From contig NZ_JMCB01000002.1 in assembly GCF_000737315.1 (NCBI RefSeq), positions 248,001 to 312,000 of the forward strand: a stretch of DNA of 64,000 bases, written 5' to 3'. The position numbers and the translations under genes were made by a program. Below, piece by piece: positions 35,905 through 45,631 of this stretch (position 1 is its first letter; the number at the start of each line of letters is the position of its first letter). This DNA comes from Hyalangium minutum. GTDB taxonomy: Bacteria > Myxococcota > Myxococcia > Myxococcales > Myxococcaceae. Below the pieces are notes generated by a model. That model had not been told where the DNA came from. It did no database searches and saw nothing but the letters and a program-made list of their open reading frames with translations.

Positions 35905-37965
35905 GTGCATCGCTTCCTGCTCGCCCTCGGACTGCTCCTGTGCCTCCCCTCCCGCGCGGAGGAGGGGATGTGGACCTATGACGCCTTTCCCTCCGAGGCC
36001 GTCAAGAAAGCCTACGGCTTCGCCCCGACGCAGGCGTGGCTGGACTCGGTGCGCCTGGGCTCGGTCCGGCTCGCGGGTGGGTGCTCGGCCAGCTTCGTCT
36101 CGCCCAACGGCTTGGTGATGACCAACCACCACTGCATCCGCAGCTGCGTCGAGGACCTGTCCTCCCCCCAGAAGGACCTGCTGGCCACCGGCTTCTTCGC
36201 CCCCGAGTCCCAGTCCGAGCTGCGCTGCCCCAAGGTGGAGGCCAACCAGCTCGTGGAGATGACGGACGTCACCGCGCGGATGAACACCGCGACGAAGGGG
36301 CTCTCGGGCGCGCCGTTCAACACCGCCCTGAAGGCGGAGATGACGAAGGTGGAGACCGAGTGCGCCACCGGCCCAGACGTGCGCTGCGACGTGGTGACGC
36401 TCTACAACGGCGGCAAGTACCACCTCTATAAGTACCGCCGCTTCCAGGACGTGCGCCTGGCCTTCGCGCCCGAGTTCCCCATGGCCAGCTTTGGCGGCGA
36501 CCCGGACAACTTCAACTTCCCCCGCTATGGCTTCGATGTGGCCTTCGTGCGTGTCTGGGAGAACGGCCAGCCGGCCAAGACGCCCCACTACCTGCCGTGG
36601 GCGAAGCAGGGCGTGAAGGAAGGAGAGCTTGTCTTCGTCTCCGGCCATCCCGGTGGCACCGAGCGCAAGGGCAGCGTGGCGGAGCTGGAGTTCCAGCGCG
36701 ACGTGGCGCTGCCTTACACCTTGCTGTACCTCTCGGAGCTGCGCGGCATGCTGCGCGAGTTCTCCCAGGGCTCGCCGGAGCGGCTGCGCATCACCCGCTC
36801 GCACCTGCGCTCGGTGGAGAACGGCCTCAAGGCGCTGCGCGGCCGGCACCAGGCGCTGGCGGATTCGTCGCTGCTGGCGCAGAAGCGCAAGGCGGAGGCG
36901 GAGCTGCGGGCGAAGGTGCTGGCCCACCCGAAGCTGAAGGCCTCCACCGCCGGGGCCTGGGACGAGGTGACGCAGGCGCTCGAGCTCTACCGCCCCCTGC
37001 TGCCCGAGTACCGGCTGAAGGAGGCGGGCGATGGCTTCCAGTCCGAGCTCTTCACCCTCGCCCGCCAGCTGGTGCGCGCCGCCGACGAGCTGCCCAAGCC
37101 CAACGCGGAGCGCCTGCGCGAGTACACCGAGGGGCAGCTCCCCGCCCTGCGCCAGCAACTGCTGCGCGAGGCCCCCATCCCCCAGGACCTGGAGGTGGCC
37201 ACGCTGACCTTCGGCCTCAACCGGCTCCGCGAGACGCTGGGCGCGGACGACTCCTTCGTCAAGGCCGTGCTCGGCCGCGAGTCCCCGGCGGATCTGGCGC
37301 GTGCGCTGGTGACGGGCACGAAGCTGCAGGACGTGAAGGTGCGCCAGTCGCTGCTGGAGGGAGGCAAGGCCGCGGTGGAGGCCTCGCAGGATCCGATGAT
37401 CGTCCTGGCGCGCAAGGTGGACACCGAGGCCCGCGCGGTGCGCAAGCGCTACGAGGACACGGTGGAGGCCGTGCTCAAGCGCAACGGCGAGCGGCTCGCC
37501 CAGGCGCGGCTCGCCGTGTACGGCACCAGCGGCTACCCGGATGCCACCTTCACCCTGCGGCTCAATTACGGCGCGGTGAAGGGCTGGCAGGAGAATGGCC
37601 GCGCCGTGGCGCCCTTCACCACCTTCGGCGGCGCGTGGGAGCGCCACACCGGCAAGGATCCCTTCAAGCTGCCCGACACGTGGCTCGCGGCCCGGGGCAA
37701 GGTGCCGCCGGAGACCCCGCTCGACATGGCCACTACCAACGACATCATCGGCGGCAACTCGGGCTCCCCCATGGTGAACAAGGACGGGCACGTGGTGGGA
37801 CTCATCTTCGACGGAAATCTGCACTCACTCGGAGGACGGTATGCCTACGTGCCGGAGACGAACCGCGCCGTGGCCGTGACGGGCGTGGGAATCCTCGCCG
37901 GGCTCGAGCACCTCTATGGTGCCCAGCGGCTCGTGGAGGAGCTGCGCGCCGCCCAGGCCCCGTGA
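35905..37965 (+). CDS. S46 family dipeptidyl peptidase (DPP7/11-like)
   Basis: Signal peptide, EEGMW, GCSASFVSPNGLVMTNHHC, YPDATFTLRL, DIIGGNSGSP, GLIFDGN. Confidence 0.95.
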   Translation: MHRFLLALGLLLCLPSRAEEGMWTYDAFPSEAVKKAYGFAPTQAWLDSVRLGSVRLAGGCSASFVSPNGLVMTNHHCIRSCVEDLSSPQKDLLATGFFAPESQSELRCPKVEANQLVEMTDVTARMNTATKGLSGAPFNTALKAEMTKVETECATGPDVRCDVVTLYNGGKYHLYKYRRFQDVRLAFAPEFPMASFGGDPDNFNFPRYGFDVAFVRVWENGQPAKTPHYLPWAKQGVKEGELVFVSGHPGGTERKGSVAELEFQRDVALPYTLLYLSELRGMLREFSQGSPERLRITRSHLRSVENGLKALRGRHQALADSSLLAQKRKAEAELRAKVLAHPKLKASTAGAWDEVTQALELYRPLLPEYRLKEAGDGFQSELFTLARQLVRAADELPKPNAERLREYTEGQLPALRQQLLREAPIPQDLEVATLTFGLNRLRETLGADDSFVKAVLGRESPADLARALVTGTKLQDVKVRQSLLEGGKAAVEASQDPMIVLARKVDTEARAVRKRYEDTVEAVLKRNGERLAQARLAVYGTSGYPDATFTLRLNYGAVKGWQENGRAVAPFTTFGGAWERHTGKDPFKLPDTWLAARGKVPPETPLDMATTNDIIGGNSGSPMVNKDGHVVGLIFDGNLHSLGGRYAYVPETNRAVAVTGVGILAGLEHLYGAQRLVEELRAAQAP

Positions 37966-38187
37966 GGGGGCAGCTCCCGTATGGGGGCGTGTCACACACT
38001 TGACGGGTGCTCCGCGCTGGGGGGCAGGGCCGGTGTTTTGTGTGTCAAGCGCAAGACGCAGGGGGTTGTGCGCTGCGTCAATCATGATCAACCCTGATGG
38101 AGCTCAACAGCTCCTGGCCCGGTTGGGAACTACATCTGTTCATGCGCTAACATCTCCGCCCGGTCGCGGGGGGAGGAAGGCTTTGTC

Positions 38188-38790
38188 ATGGTGGAGGAAC
38201 CGCAACCCAAGACCCATAAGGTCGTCGCCCTGATGTTCACGGCGGTGGCGGTGGCTGGTCCGAATGCGCCTCAGGATGAGGTGCTGGAGCAGGAACTGCG
38301 CGAGGAGCATGGCCGGCTCGTCCGGGAGCTGCTGCCCCGTCAGGGCGGACGCGAAGTGAAGATGCTGGAGGATGGCTTCCTGCTCGAGTTCGATCGCGGG
38401 CTGTCCGCCGTGCGCTTCGGGCTGGCCTTGCAGCAGGCTGCGGCCGAGCGCAACCGGCTGGCGTCTCCGGAGCGCCAGCTGGAGCTGCGCATGGGCGCTC
38501 ACCTGGGCCCGGTGATGCACCAAGAGGGAGACGTCTTCGGCGAGGGCGTGAACCTGGCCGCCCGCATCGAGTCGCTCGCCCGGCCTGGCGCCCTCTATGT
38601 CAGCGAGCCGGTGGCCCGTGAGGTGGAAGGTCATCCGTCGACGTACGCCGTGCGGCTGGGGCGCGCCGAGCTCAAGAATATTCGCCTCCCCGTGGCCGTG
38701 TTCCGCGTCGAGCCGCGCGCCCAGAATCCGCGCCCGGCCATCTTCGCCCGCGTCCGCTCGCTCTTCGCTCCGCTGCGTCCAGGGGGTTGA
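38188..38790 (+). CDS. Stand-alone class III nucleotide cyclase domain (degenerate)
   Basis: RMGAHLG.V....DVFGEGVNLAARIE..A.PG..YVSE present; first metal Asp absent (LMFTAV). Confidence 0.85.
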   Translation: MVEEPQPKTHKVVALMFTAVAVAGPNAPQDEVLEQELREEHGRLVRELLPRQGGREVKMLEDGFLLEFDRGLSAVRFGLALQQAAAERNRLASPERQLELRMGAHLGPVMHQEGDVFGEGVNLAARIESLARPGALYVSEPVAREVEGHPSTYAVRLGRAELKNIRLPVAVFRVEPRAQNPRPAIFARVRSLFAPLRPGG

Positions 38791-38820
38791 ACGCCCACGC
38801 GCGAGCGGTAGGGTTCGGCC

Positions 38821-39468
38821 ATGTCCGAACTTACGCTCGTCGTTGGCTCGAAGAACTACTCGTCCTGGTCGCTGCGGCCGTACCTCGCGCTGGCCCATAC
38901 TGGCCAGCCCTTCCGCGAGGTGGTGATTGCGCTGGATGAGCCCGATACCGCCGCGAAGATCGCCGAGTACACGCCCAGCGGGCGGGTGCCCGTGCTGCGC
39001 CACGGCGCGCTCTCCATCTGGGACTCACTGGCCATCTGCGAGTACCTGGCGGAGACCTTCCCCCAGGCGAAGCTGTGGCCCGAGGACAAGCAGGCCCGCG
39101 CCATCGCGCGCTCGGTGGTGGCGGAGATGCACTCCAGCTTCTCCAACCTGCGGCAGAACATGACGATGGACATCCGCGCCCGGAAGCCGGGCAAGGGGCG
39201 TGCCCCCGGCGTGGCCGAGGACATCGCTCGCATTCAGGCGCTCTGGAATGACTGCCGCTCGCGCTTTGGCCAGGGCGGGCCGTTCCTCTTCGGGCACTTC
39301 ACCATCGCGGACGCCTTCTATGCTCCCGTCGTCACCCGCTTCGTCACGTATGAGGTGGAGCTGGACGCCGTGGGCCAAGCCTACCGCGACGCCGTGCTGA
39401 ATCTGCCCGCGCTCAAGACGTGGACCGAGGCCGCGCTCAAGGAGCCGCCCGTCAAGCGCTACCTGTAG
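38821..39468 (+). CDS. Glutathione S-transferase family protein
   Basis: KNYSSWSLRP, PSGRVPVL, WDSLAICEYLAE, ADAFYAP. Confidence 0.93.
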   Translation: MSELTLVVGSKNYSSWSLRPYLALAHTGQPFREVVIALDEPDTAAKIAEYTPSGRVPVLRHGALSIWDSLAICEYLAETFPQAKLWPEDKQARAIARSVVAEMHSSFSNLRQNMTMDIRARKPGKGRAPGVAEDIARIQALWNDCRSRFGQGGPFLFGHFTIADAFYAPVVTRFVTYEVELDAVGQAYRDAVLNLPALKTWTEAALKEPPVKRYL

Positions 39469-39475
39469 CCGCGCG

Positions 39476-40075
39476 CTACAGCCCGAGCGCCTTCAGTTGC
39501 GCGTCGAAAGCCGGCGCGTCCGTGAAGACGTGGCCGCGGATGCCGAGCGCGTTCGCGGCCTCGACGAACTCGGGCAGGTCATCGAAGAAGGCGGCTTCGT
39601 GGGGCGCGCAGCCCAGGCGCTCCAGGGCGAGCTGGTAGAAGGTGGGCTCCGGCTTCACGTGCCCCTCCTCACAGCTGAGCAGCACTGCGTCGAAGCGCTC
39701 GAGCAGGGGCAGCTGGGGCCGCAGGTACGCCATGTGGAGCTTGTTGGTGTTGGACAGCAGCGCCAGCTTCACCCGCCCCACCAGCCCCTCCACGCGGGGC
39801 AGCACCGACGCGTGCACGGTGAAGTGGCAGTTCCACAGCGGGAAGAACTCCTCCATGGGCACCTCCACCCCGAGCGAGGTGCACACGTCCCGGCGGATGC
39901 CCTCTGCGTCCAGCAAGCCCCGGTTGGCCGCCGTCCAGCCCGCGCCCGTGAGCCGCTGCGCTACCTCCGGTCCCGAGAGCCCCACGCGCTGCCCCAGCCG
40001 CAGGAACAATCGCGCGTTGTCGTGGAACACGAGGACGTTGCCCAGATCGAGGATGATCGCTCGTGGCGGAGTCAT
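39476..40075 (-). CDS. HAD-family phosphatase (YihX-like)
   Basis: ILDLGNVL, LSNTN, KPEP.FY, FFDD. Confidence 0.92.
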   Translation of the reverse strand: MTPPRAIILDLGNVLVFHDNARLFLRLGQRVGLSGPEVAQRLTGAGWTAANRGLLDAEGIRRDVCTSLGVEVPMEEFFPLWNCHFTVHASVLPRVEGLVGRVKLALLSNTNKLHMAYLRPQLPLLERFDAVLLSCEEGHVKPEPTFYQLALERLGCAPHEAAFFDDLPEFVEAANALGIRGHVFTDAPAFDAQLKALGL

Positions 40076-40084
40076 GGGCCACTT

Positions 40085-41989
40085 CTACGAGATGCGGTAG
40101 CTGCGCGCCACCTGCTGCATCTGCTCGGACACCTCTTGCAGCGCGTGCGTGGCCTTGGTGGTGGCCTGCAGGCTGAGCACCGTCTCGTTCATCATCGCGG
40201 ACAGGTCCGTCACCGCGCCGAAGATCTGCGCGATGCCCGCGTTCTGCTGGCTCACCGAGGCGGCGATCTGCCGCACCGCCGCCGAGTTGTCCTGGGTGAT
40301 GGTGGTCAGCTCCCGGAGGTTGCTGCCGCTGGCGCGCACCTGCTCCAGGCCCTCTTCCATGCGCATGTAGCCCAGCTCTGTCATCTTCGCCGCCGAGAGC
40401 ATGGCCTGGCTGATGTCGCCGAGGATGTCCCGCACGCGCTCGGTGGCCTGGATGGACTGATCCGCCAGCGAGCGGATCTCCCGCGCCACCACCGAGAAGC
40501 CCTTGCCGTGCTCTCCGCTGCGCACCGCCTCGATGGCCGCGTTGAGCGCCAGCATGTTGGACTGATCCGCCAGCTCTTTCACCGTCTGCGTAATCCCGCC
40601 GATCTGCTGGCTGCGCTCGCTGAGCTGGGCGATTCGCAGGGCCATCTGCTCCACCTGGACGCGCAGCTCCTCGAAGCCTCCCAGGCCTCCGGCGAGCGCG
40701 GCCTCGCCCAGGCGGCCCACCTCCTCGGCGCGCTCGGCCACGTTCAGCACCATGTCCGCCTTCTCCGCGGCCACCAGCGAGGACTGCCGGATCTCCTGCG
40801 CCGTCACCTGCGTCTGCTGGAGCGCGGCGGCCTGGCGGGCGATGTTCCGCTCCTGCTGGCGGTTGGCCTGCTGCAACTCGGACACGGTGTCCTTGAGCAC
40901 TCGCATGCCGTGCTGGAGTCCCGCCGTCGTCCCGCGCAGGTGCTCCACCATCTTCGCGAAGGCGTTCGCCAGGTCTCCCACCTCATCCCTCCGGTGGCTC
41001 GACGGCAGCGGCACGGTCAAGTCCCCCTGCTGGACGATGCGGGCCACCATCTCGCTCAAGGCGCGCAGGGGGCGGGTGATGCGCCGGGCCAACAGGAAAG
41101 AGCCCCCCGCCGCCACCGCCGCGAATACCGCCGCCAGCCCAATTCCCAGCACATCCGCCCGGGTCAGCATGCGGTACGCCTCGGAGGGATCCACGCTGGC
41201 CACGAACCGCCAGCCGTCTCCCACGTCCCGGAGCTCGGTGCCGTTGGTCACCTCGACGGTCACCAGCCTCACTCCCTGGCGGGCGGCCCCGGCCTTCGAG
41301 TTGAAGAGCAGCGTGCCGTCTGGCCGCCGCACCTCGAGCGCGAAGCTGCTCTGGGCGCGCCTCCGGGCGCGGGCCAGCGCGGGCTCTACCACCTTGCCGA
41401 GCCGCTCCCAGTCATACGCGGCCAGCAGCACGCCGAGCTTGCGGGGCTCGGTGACACCGTAGACGGGCAGGGCCAGGGGCAGCACCCGCCCATGGAAGGC
41501 CGCATCCTCCGCGGCCGTGAACCCCTCGCTCGTCACCTGCTCCTCCTGGGCGGAGCGGAACCACGGGGTGGCGAGCACCTTCAGCTCGCGGCCCTCGAAG
41601 GCGGCGCGCAGCTCGGGAGGACTGGAGGCGATGGCCTGGCCTTCCACGTTGAAGAGCACCAGCCCTCGGAAGGTGGGCGAGCGGCGCAGGAAGGAAGCGA
41701 GCTCCAGGTCGCTCCGGGCGGAGTCGTTGCGCTCCATCGCCTCGCGCAGGGCGTGATCCTCCGTCCAGGTGCGCACGTCCGCCTCGCGCTCCACCAGCGT
41801 GGCTTCGATGAGATCCTTGAGGCCCGCCGCCTCTCGCTCCAGGGAGTCCTGGACCTGCTGCTTCATCCACCGATGGAACTCGGTGGACTCGATCCAGGCA
41901 AAGGCGAGCAGTGGCACCGCGGCTACCAGGCTGCAGTAGAGCGTCAGGTGCCCGCGTAGCTTGAGGGTGCCAAGGTGAGGGAGTTTCAT
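40085..41989 (-). CDS. Methyl-accepting chemotaxis protein (TM-Cache-TM-HAMP-MA)
   Basis: Two TMs, RDEVGDLA.AF HAMP, QSNMLALNAAIEAVRSGEHGKGFSVVAREIRSLA signalling tip. Confidence 0.95.
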   Translation of the reverse strand: MKLPHLGTLKLRGHLTLYCSLVAAVPLLAFAWIESTEFHRWMKQQVQDSLEREAAGLKDLIEATLVEREADVRTWTEDHALREAMERNDSARSDLELASFLRRSPTFRGLVLFNVEGQAIASSPPELRAAFEGRELKVLATPWFRSAQEEQVTSEGFTAAEDAAFHGRVLPLALPVYGVTEPRKLGVLLAAYDWERLGKVVEPALARARRRAQSSFALEVRRPDGTLLFNSKAGAARQGVRLVTVEVTNGTELRDVGDGWRFVASVDPSEAYRMLTRADVLGIGLAAVFAAVAAGGSFLLARRITRPLRALSEMVARIVQQGDLTVPLPSSHRRDEVGDLANAFAKMVEHLRGTTAGLQHGMRVLKDTVSELQQANRQQERNIARQAAALQQTQVTAQEIRQSSLVAAEKADMVLNVAERAEEVGRLGEAALAGGLGGFEELRVQVEQMALRIAQLSERSQQIGGITQTVKELADQSNMLALNAAIEAVRSGEHGKGFSVVAREIRSLADQSIQATERVRDILGDISQAMLSAAKMTELGYMRMEEGLEQVRASGSNLRELTTITQDNSAAVRQIAASVSQQNAGIAQIFGAVTDLSAMMNETVLSLQATTKATHALQEVSEQMQQVARSYRIS

Positions 41990-42036
41990 GGTGCTCAGGC
42001 GCGGGGGGCGGTGGCAGGTCCGCCCCCGGCATGGGT

Positions 42037-42060
42037 CCGGGACTCCACGTGGAGCCCCGG
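42037..42060. repeat. 24-bp near-perfect palindrome upstream of the MCP
   Basis: ccggg-a-ctccacgtggag-c-cccgg; a second GC hairpin lies at about 42004-42027. Confidence 0.5.
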
Positions 42061-42098
42061 AGCGTAGCAGAGCCCAGGTCTCTCCCTGCTAGCCCTCC

Positions 42099-42533
42099 CT
42101 AGATTACAGGAACGCGGTTGGGCAGCTCGCGGGCCGGCACGTTGGAGTAGTCCGCATCCAGATCCAGCACCAACCTCTGCAGGACGCGCTTGCTCAATGC
42201 CTTGCGCAGCCGGCCGAGGAAGGTGGGAGGAGCCGCGATAATCAGGCGCTCGAAGGTATGACTGTCCACCCCGCGCTCCAGGCGGCCGGCCAACTCCCGG
42301 GCGAACCGTTCGTGCTCCAGCTCTTGCCGCGCATCCGGCTCTGTCTCTTCATTCGGGCCGTGGAGGGTGCCTCCGTTGGGATTGTCCCGCTGCTCCTTCA
42401 AGTCCCCGTTGTGCGCGCGGCTCTCGTCGTGGCGGAACTCCTCCCGGAGCTGCCAGTCATCGCCACGCTCATCCGCCGAGAACAGCCGCATGCGGCTCGC
42501 GTTGCCCACCAGAATCCAGAGCTTGTCTGCCAT
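42099..42533 (-). CDS. Host attachment protein / baeRF12-like protein
   Basis: WILVGNASRMRLF, ERFARELA..L, LIIAAPPTFLG.LR, LDADY. Confidence 0.85.
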   Translation of the reverse strand: MADKLWILVGNASRMRLFSADERGDDWQLREEFRHDESRAHNGDLKEQRDNPNGGTLHGPNEETEPDARQELEHERFARELAGRLERGVDSHTFERLIIAAPPTFLGRLRKALSKRVLQRLVLDLDADYSNVPARELPNRVPVI

Positions 42534-42711
42534 TCGTCTTCCTCCCTTGTAAGGGAGGGATGCGGAGCGTGGGCGCGCCCGGCAAGCTTGCGGGCGATGG
42601 CGGTGCGTGTGTCGGGTGCCGGGGGAGCGACCACACGGGGCCTTTTCCCTGATGGGCTGCCTGGCGTATGCCCAAGGGACCGGGGGCATGGGCCTTGCCG
42701 GGGGAGGGCGC

Positions 42712-43875
42712 ATGAGCGAGCTGAGTGAGGCAGCGGCCGCTTGGTTGTCGGGCCGGCTGGGGGAGATGGAGGAGGCGCTGGCGGCACTGGTCGAGGTGAA
42801 CTCCTTCACGGAGAACCCCGAGGGAGGCCGCAAGGTCGGTGCGCTCCTGCGGGACGTGCTGGCCCTGCCGGGCCTCTTCGCGGAGGTGGTGTTCAGCCGC
42901 CGGTATGCGGATCACCTCGTGTTCCGCTCTCGCGGTAAGGAGGGGGTGGCGCCCATCGCTTTGGTGGGACACCTGGATACCGTCTTCCCGCCGGGCAAGT
43001 TCGAGGGCTACCGGAAGGATGGCGCGCTGCGCCGGGGCCCCGGGGTGCTGGACATGAAGGGCGGGCTCGTCGTCATCGCCTGGGCCCTCAAGGCGCTGGC
43101 CGCCTCGGGAGGTCTGGACGCGATTCCACCGCTGCGGGTGGTGGTGGTGTCCGACGAGGAGGTGGGCTCGCCCGAGGGGGCGAATGTGATCCGCAACGCC
43201 ATTGGCGGCGCCCAGGCCTGCCTCGTCTTCGAGTCCGGCCGGATGGGAGACGCCATCATCACCCGGCGCAAGGGCACCGGTGCGGTGAAGGCCATCGCAC
43301 ATGGCCGGGCCGCCCACGCGGGCAATGCCCACCAGGAGGGGGCCAATGCGCTGTGGGCCCTGGCTCGGTTCATTGATGGGGTGCAGCAGCTGACGGACTA
43401 CCCACGAGGTTTGACCGTCAATGTGGGCCGGGTGGTGGGAGGGCAGGGGAAGAACACGGTGCCGGACCAGGCCGAGGCGGATGTGGACCTGCGCTTCTGT
43501 ACGCGCAAGGAGGGCGAGGAGCTGCTGCAGCGCTTCCACGAGGCCGGGGCCCAGGCCGCCGCAGGTATTCCCGGCACGCGCATCGAGCTGACCGGGGGGG
43601 TATCCCGCGAGCCGCTGGAGCGCTCCGAGGCGTCCGCGGCGCTGATGGGGGCGTATGGGGCCTGCGCCCACGTCTCCGGCCTGGGCACTGCCGAGGCCCC
43701 GCTGATCGGCGGAGGCTCGGATGCCAGCACCTCGTCCGGGATGGGGATCCCCTCCATTGATGGGCTGGGCCCCCGGGGCAAGGGCTTCCACACCGTGGAG
43801 GAGTACATCGAGGTGGATACTTTGATCCCCAAGGCGCAAGCCCTGGCGCGCTTCCTGGCCTCGCGAGGTGCATAA
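42712..43875 (+). CDS. M20 family metallopeptidase (carboxypeptidase G2-like)
   Basis: GHLDTV, GPGVLDMKGG, DEEVGS, AHAG, GGSD, DGLGP.G...HT..EY. Confidence 0.93.
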   Translation: MSELSEAAAAWLSGRLGEMEEALAALVEVNSFTENPEGGRKVGALLRDVLALPGLFAEVVFSRRYADHLVFRSRGKEGVAPIALVGHLDTVFPPGKFEGYRKDGALRRGPGVLDMKGGLVVIAWALKALAASGGLDAIPPLRVVVVSDEEVGSPEGANVIRNAIGGAQACLVFESGRMGDAIITRRKGTGAVKAIAHGRAAHAGNAHQEGANALWALARFIDGVQQLTDYPRGLTVNVGRVVGGQGKNTVPDQAEADVDLRFCTRKEGEELLQRFHEAGAQAAAGIPGTRIELTGGVSREPLERSEASAALMGAYGACAHVSGLGTAEAPLIGGGSDASTSSGMGIPSIDGLGPRGKGFHTVEEYIEVDTLIPKAQALARFLASRGA

Positions 43876-43927
43876 CCTGCCCGTTGGGTAATTCCTTGGA
43901 AGGGCGCGGCGGGGTAGAACAGAGGGC

Positions 43928-45169
43928 ATGCGTACCTCCGGCGTCCCTCTCCTCGCCCTGCTCGTGCTCGCACTGGCCGCCCCCCCCGCCCTCGCTCAGC
44001 AAGACCAGGGTGGGATGGGATTGGATCTCTCGGGAGGTGACACCTCCCAGGAGCAAGACACCTCCACCGGGGAGGAGCAGCCCGGACCCATCGGCCTGGA
44101 CCTGAGCGGAGACACCGCCGGCGCGGAGTTGCTGCCGCGCGTGGTGCTGCTGGGGCTCGACACGCCGGAGCGGGCCGGGGCGGCGCTGGCGCCTCGCTGG
44201 CTGAAGGCGCTCTACGTCGCCGTCCGGACCAACGACAAGTGGGTGCTGACCGCTCCGCTGAAAGAGGTGCGCGAGAAGCTGGGGAACGACTACGCGGCGG
44301 CGCTGCGCTGCGGGGAGGCCTCGTGCATGGCCGGGCCCGCGGAGTCGCTCGAGGCGGACCTGCTCGTCACCACGCGCCTGGCGCTGGAGGATGACGGGTG
44401 GACGCTGCGGCTGTGGGTCTTCGATCGGGACCACAACAAGGTGGAGACGGACTCCGTGTCGGGCCGCTCGCCGAGGGATGCGAAGTTCCAGAAGGCGGGC
44501 GCCGATCTGCTGGCGCGCAAAGTCCGGGAGCTGGCCAAGCCGCGCGCCATCCTCCAGGTGAAGGTGAACGTGCCGCAGGCGGTGGTGCGCCTGGGCGACA
44601 GGACGCTGGGCGTGGGCAACGTCGAGGCGCGCGTGGCGCCGGGCGAGGTCAACCTCATCGTCGAGGCGGATGAAATGGCCCCGTACTCGAAGACCCTCAC
44701 CCTCAAGCCGGGCGAGAAGAACCCGGTGAGCGTCTACCTGGAGGCGTCGGGTCCGGCGCCGGACAGCCCCACGGAGGTGGCTGCGGGAGCGACGAAGAGG
44801 AACGAGGGGTCCTCGAAGTCCACCGTGTTCCGCCGGCCCGCGCTCTACACGATGGTGCTGGGCGTGATTGCGATGGGGGCGGGCGTCATGGTGGGGATGC
44901 AGGCCAAGAAGATCGCCGACCGGGCCCCGGATGCGGATGGCAACGGCATCGCGGACATCACCCGGGCCGAGCGCCTGCAGGGGCGTGACAAGGCCAACCT
45001 CTCCACGGCCCTGGTCAGCGGAGGCGCCGCGGTGGCGGGTGCCAGCGCGCTGTGGCTCTTCATCATGCCCACCCGGAGTGAGCCCGCGAAGGGAACTCCG
45101 AGCGTGGTTTCCGGCACTACCCCTGGCGCCAGCACCTCGATCCATCTCCTCGTTGGCGGAAGCTTCTGA
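43928..45169 (+). CDS. Secreted/membrane PEGA-domain protein
   Basis: Signal peptide; acidic linker; PEGA-like VKVNVPQAVV.LG...G...V..G...L.V..; C-terminal hydrophobic helices. Confidence 0.8.
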   Translation: MRTSGVPLLALLVLALAAPPALAQQDQGGMGLDLSGGDTSQEQDTSTGEEQPGPIGLDLSGDTAGAELLPRVVLLGLDTPERAGAALAPRWLKALYVAVRTNDKWVLTAPLKEVREKLGNDYAAALRCGEASCMAGPAESLEADLLVTTRLALEDDGWTLRLWVFDRDHNKVETDSVSGRSPRDAKFQKAGADLLARKVRELAKPRAILQVKVNVPQAVVRLGDRTLGVGNVEARVAPGEVNLIVEADEMAPYSKTLTLKPGEKNPVSVYLEASGPAPDSPTEVAAGATKRNEGSSKSTVFRRPALYTMVLGVIAMGAGVMVGMQAKKIADRAPDADGNGIADITRAERLQGRDKANLSTALVSGGAAVAGASALWLFIMPTRSEPAKGTPSVVSGTTPGASTSIHLLVGGSF

Positions 45170-45171
45170 TC

Positions 45172-45432
45172 ATGAAGGCTACATATCTCTCCCTGGCCCT
45201 GGTGCTGTGCGGCGTGTTGTTCGGCACCACCTCGGGCTGTGCCGTCGACTTCCCGGATGAGCTGCCCTACGCCTGCGAGGATGCCTCGGACTGCGGTGGG
45301 GCTCCGCACGTGTGCGTGTCGCTGGCGGACGGACGCAAGTACTGCTGCAAGCCCGAGCCGGAGCAGTGCAACAAGCTGGACGACGACTGTAATGGCGTGG
45401 TGGACGATGTGAGCGACGGCCCCTGCCGCTAG
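45172..45432 (+). CDS. Small Cys-rich lipoprotein with E.CN..DDDCNG.VDD motif
   Basis: TSGC lipobox; eight further Cys; myxobacterial putative metal-binding (MopE-like) repeat. Confidence 0.8.
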   Translation: MKATYLSLALVLCGVLFGTTSGCAVDFPDELPYACEDASDCGGAPHVCVSLADGRKYCCKPEPEQCNKLDDDCNGVVDDVSDGPCR

Positions 45433-45631
45433 GGCTCGGAGTCGACGCGCCCGCGTGGGTGGGTGTGTTCCACGGGCGCCGAGCCATCGGCCTGAGCCCC
45501 GGGTGAAATGTCCATGCCGGGCATGTAGGTGTCTGACGGAGGACGCTCGGGGCGCACTATTTCCTCTCCATGAGAAATTGGAGTGCTGATCGGGTTGCCG
45601 GATCGCCCAACCGTGGCGATTTTAGCCTCCC

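Noticed and set aside
37966-38187. AT-richer intergenic stretch with ttgac/gtcaa words
   Set aside because: Could be promoter elements, but there is no convincing spacing or palindrome to call.
39497-41959. 820-aa plus-strand ORF; likewise 7585-9516, 25664-27286, 49054-51039, 54764-56812 and 58532-60529
   Set aside because: All overlap well-supported genes on the opposite strand and show the H/Q/G/V-rich composition of shadow frames.
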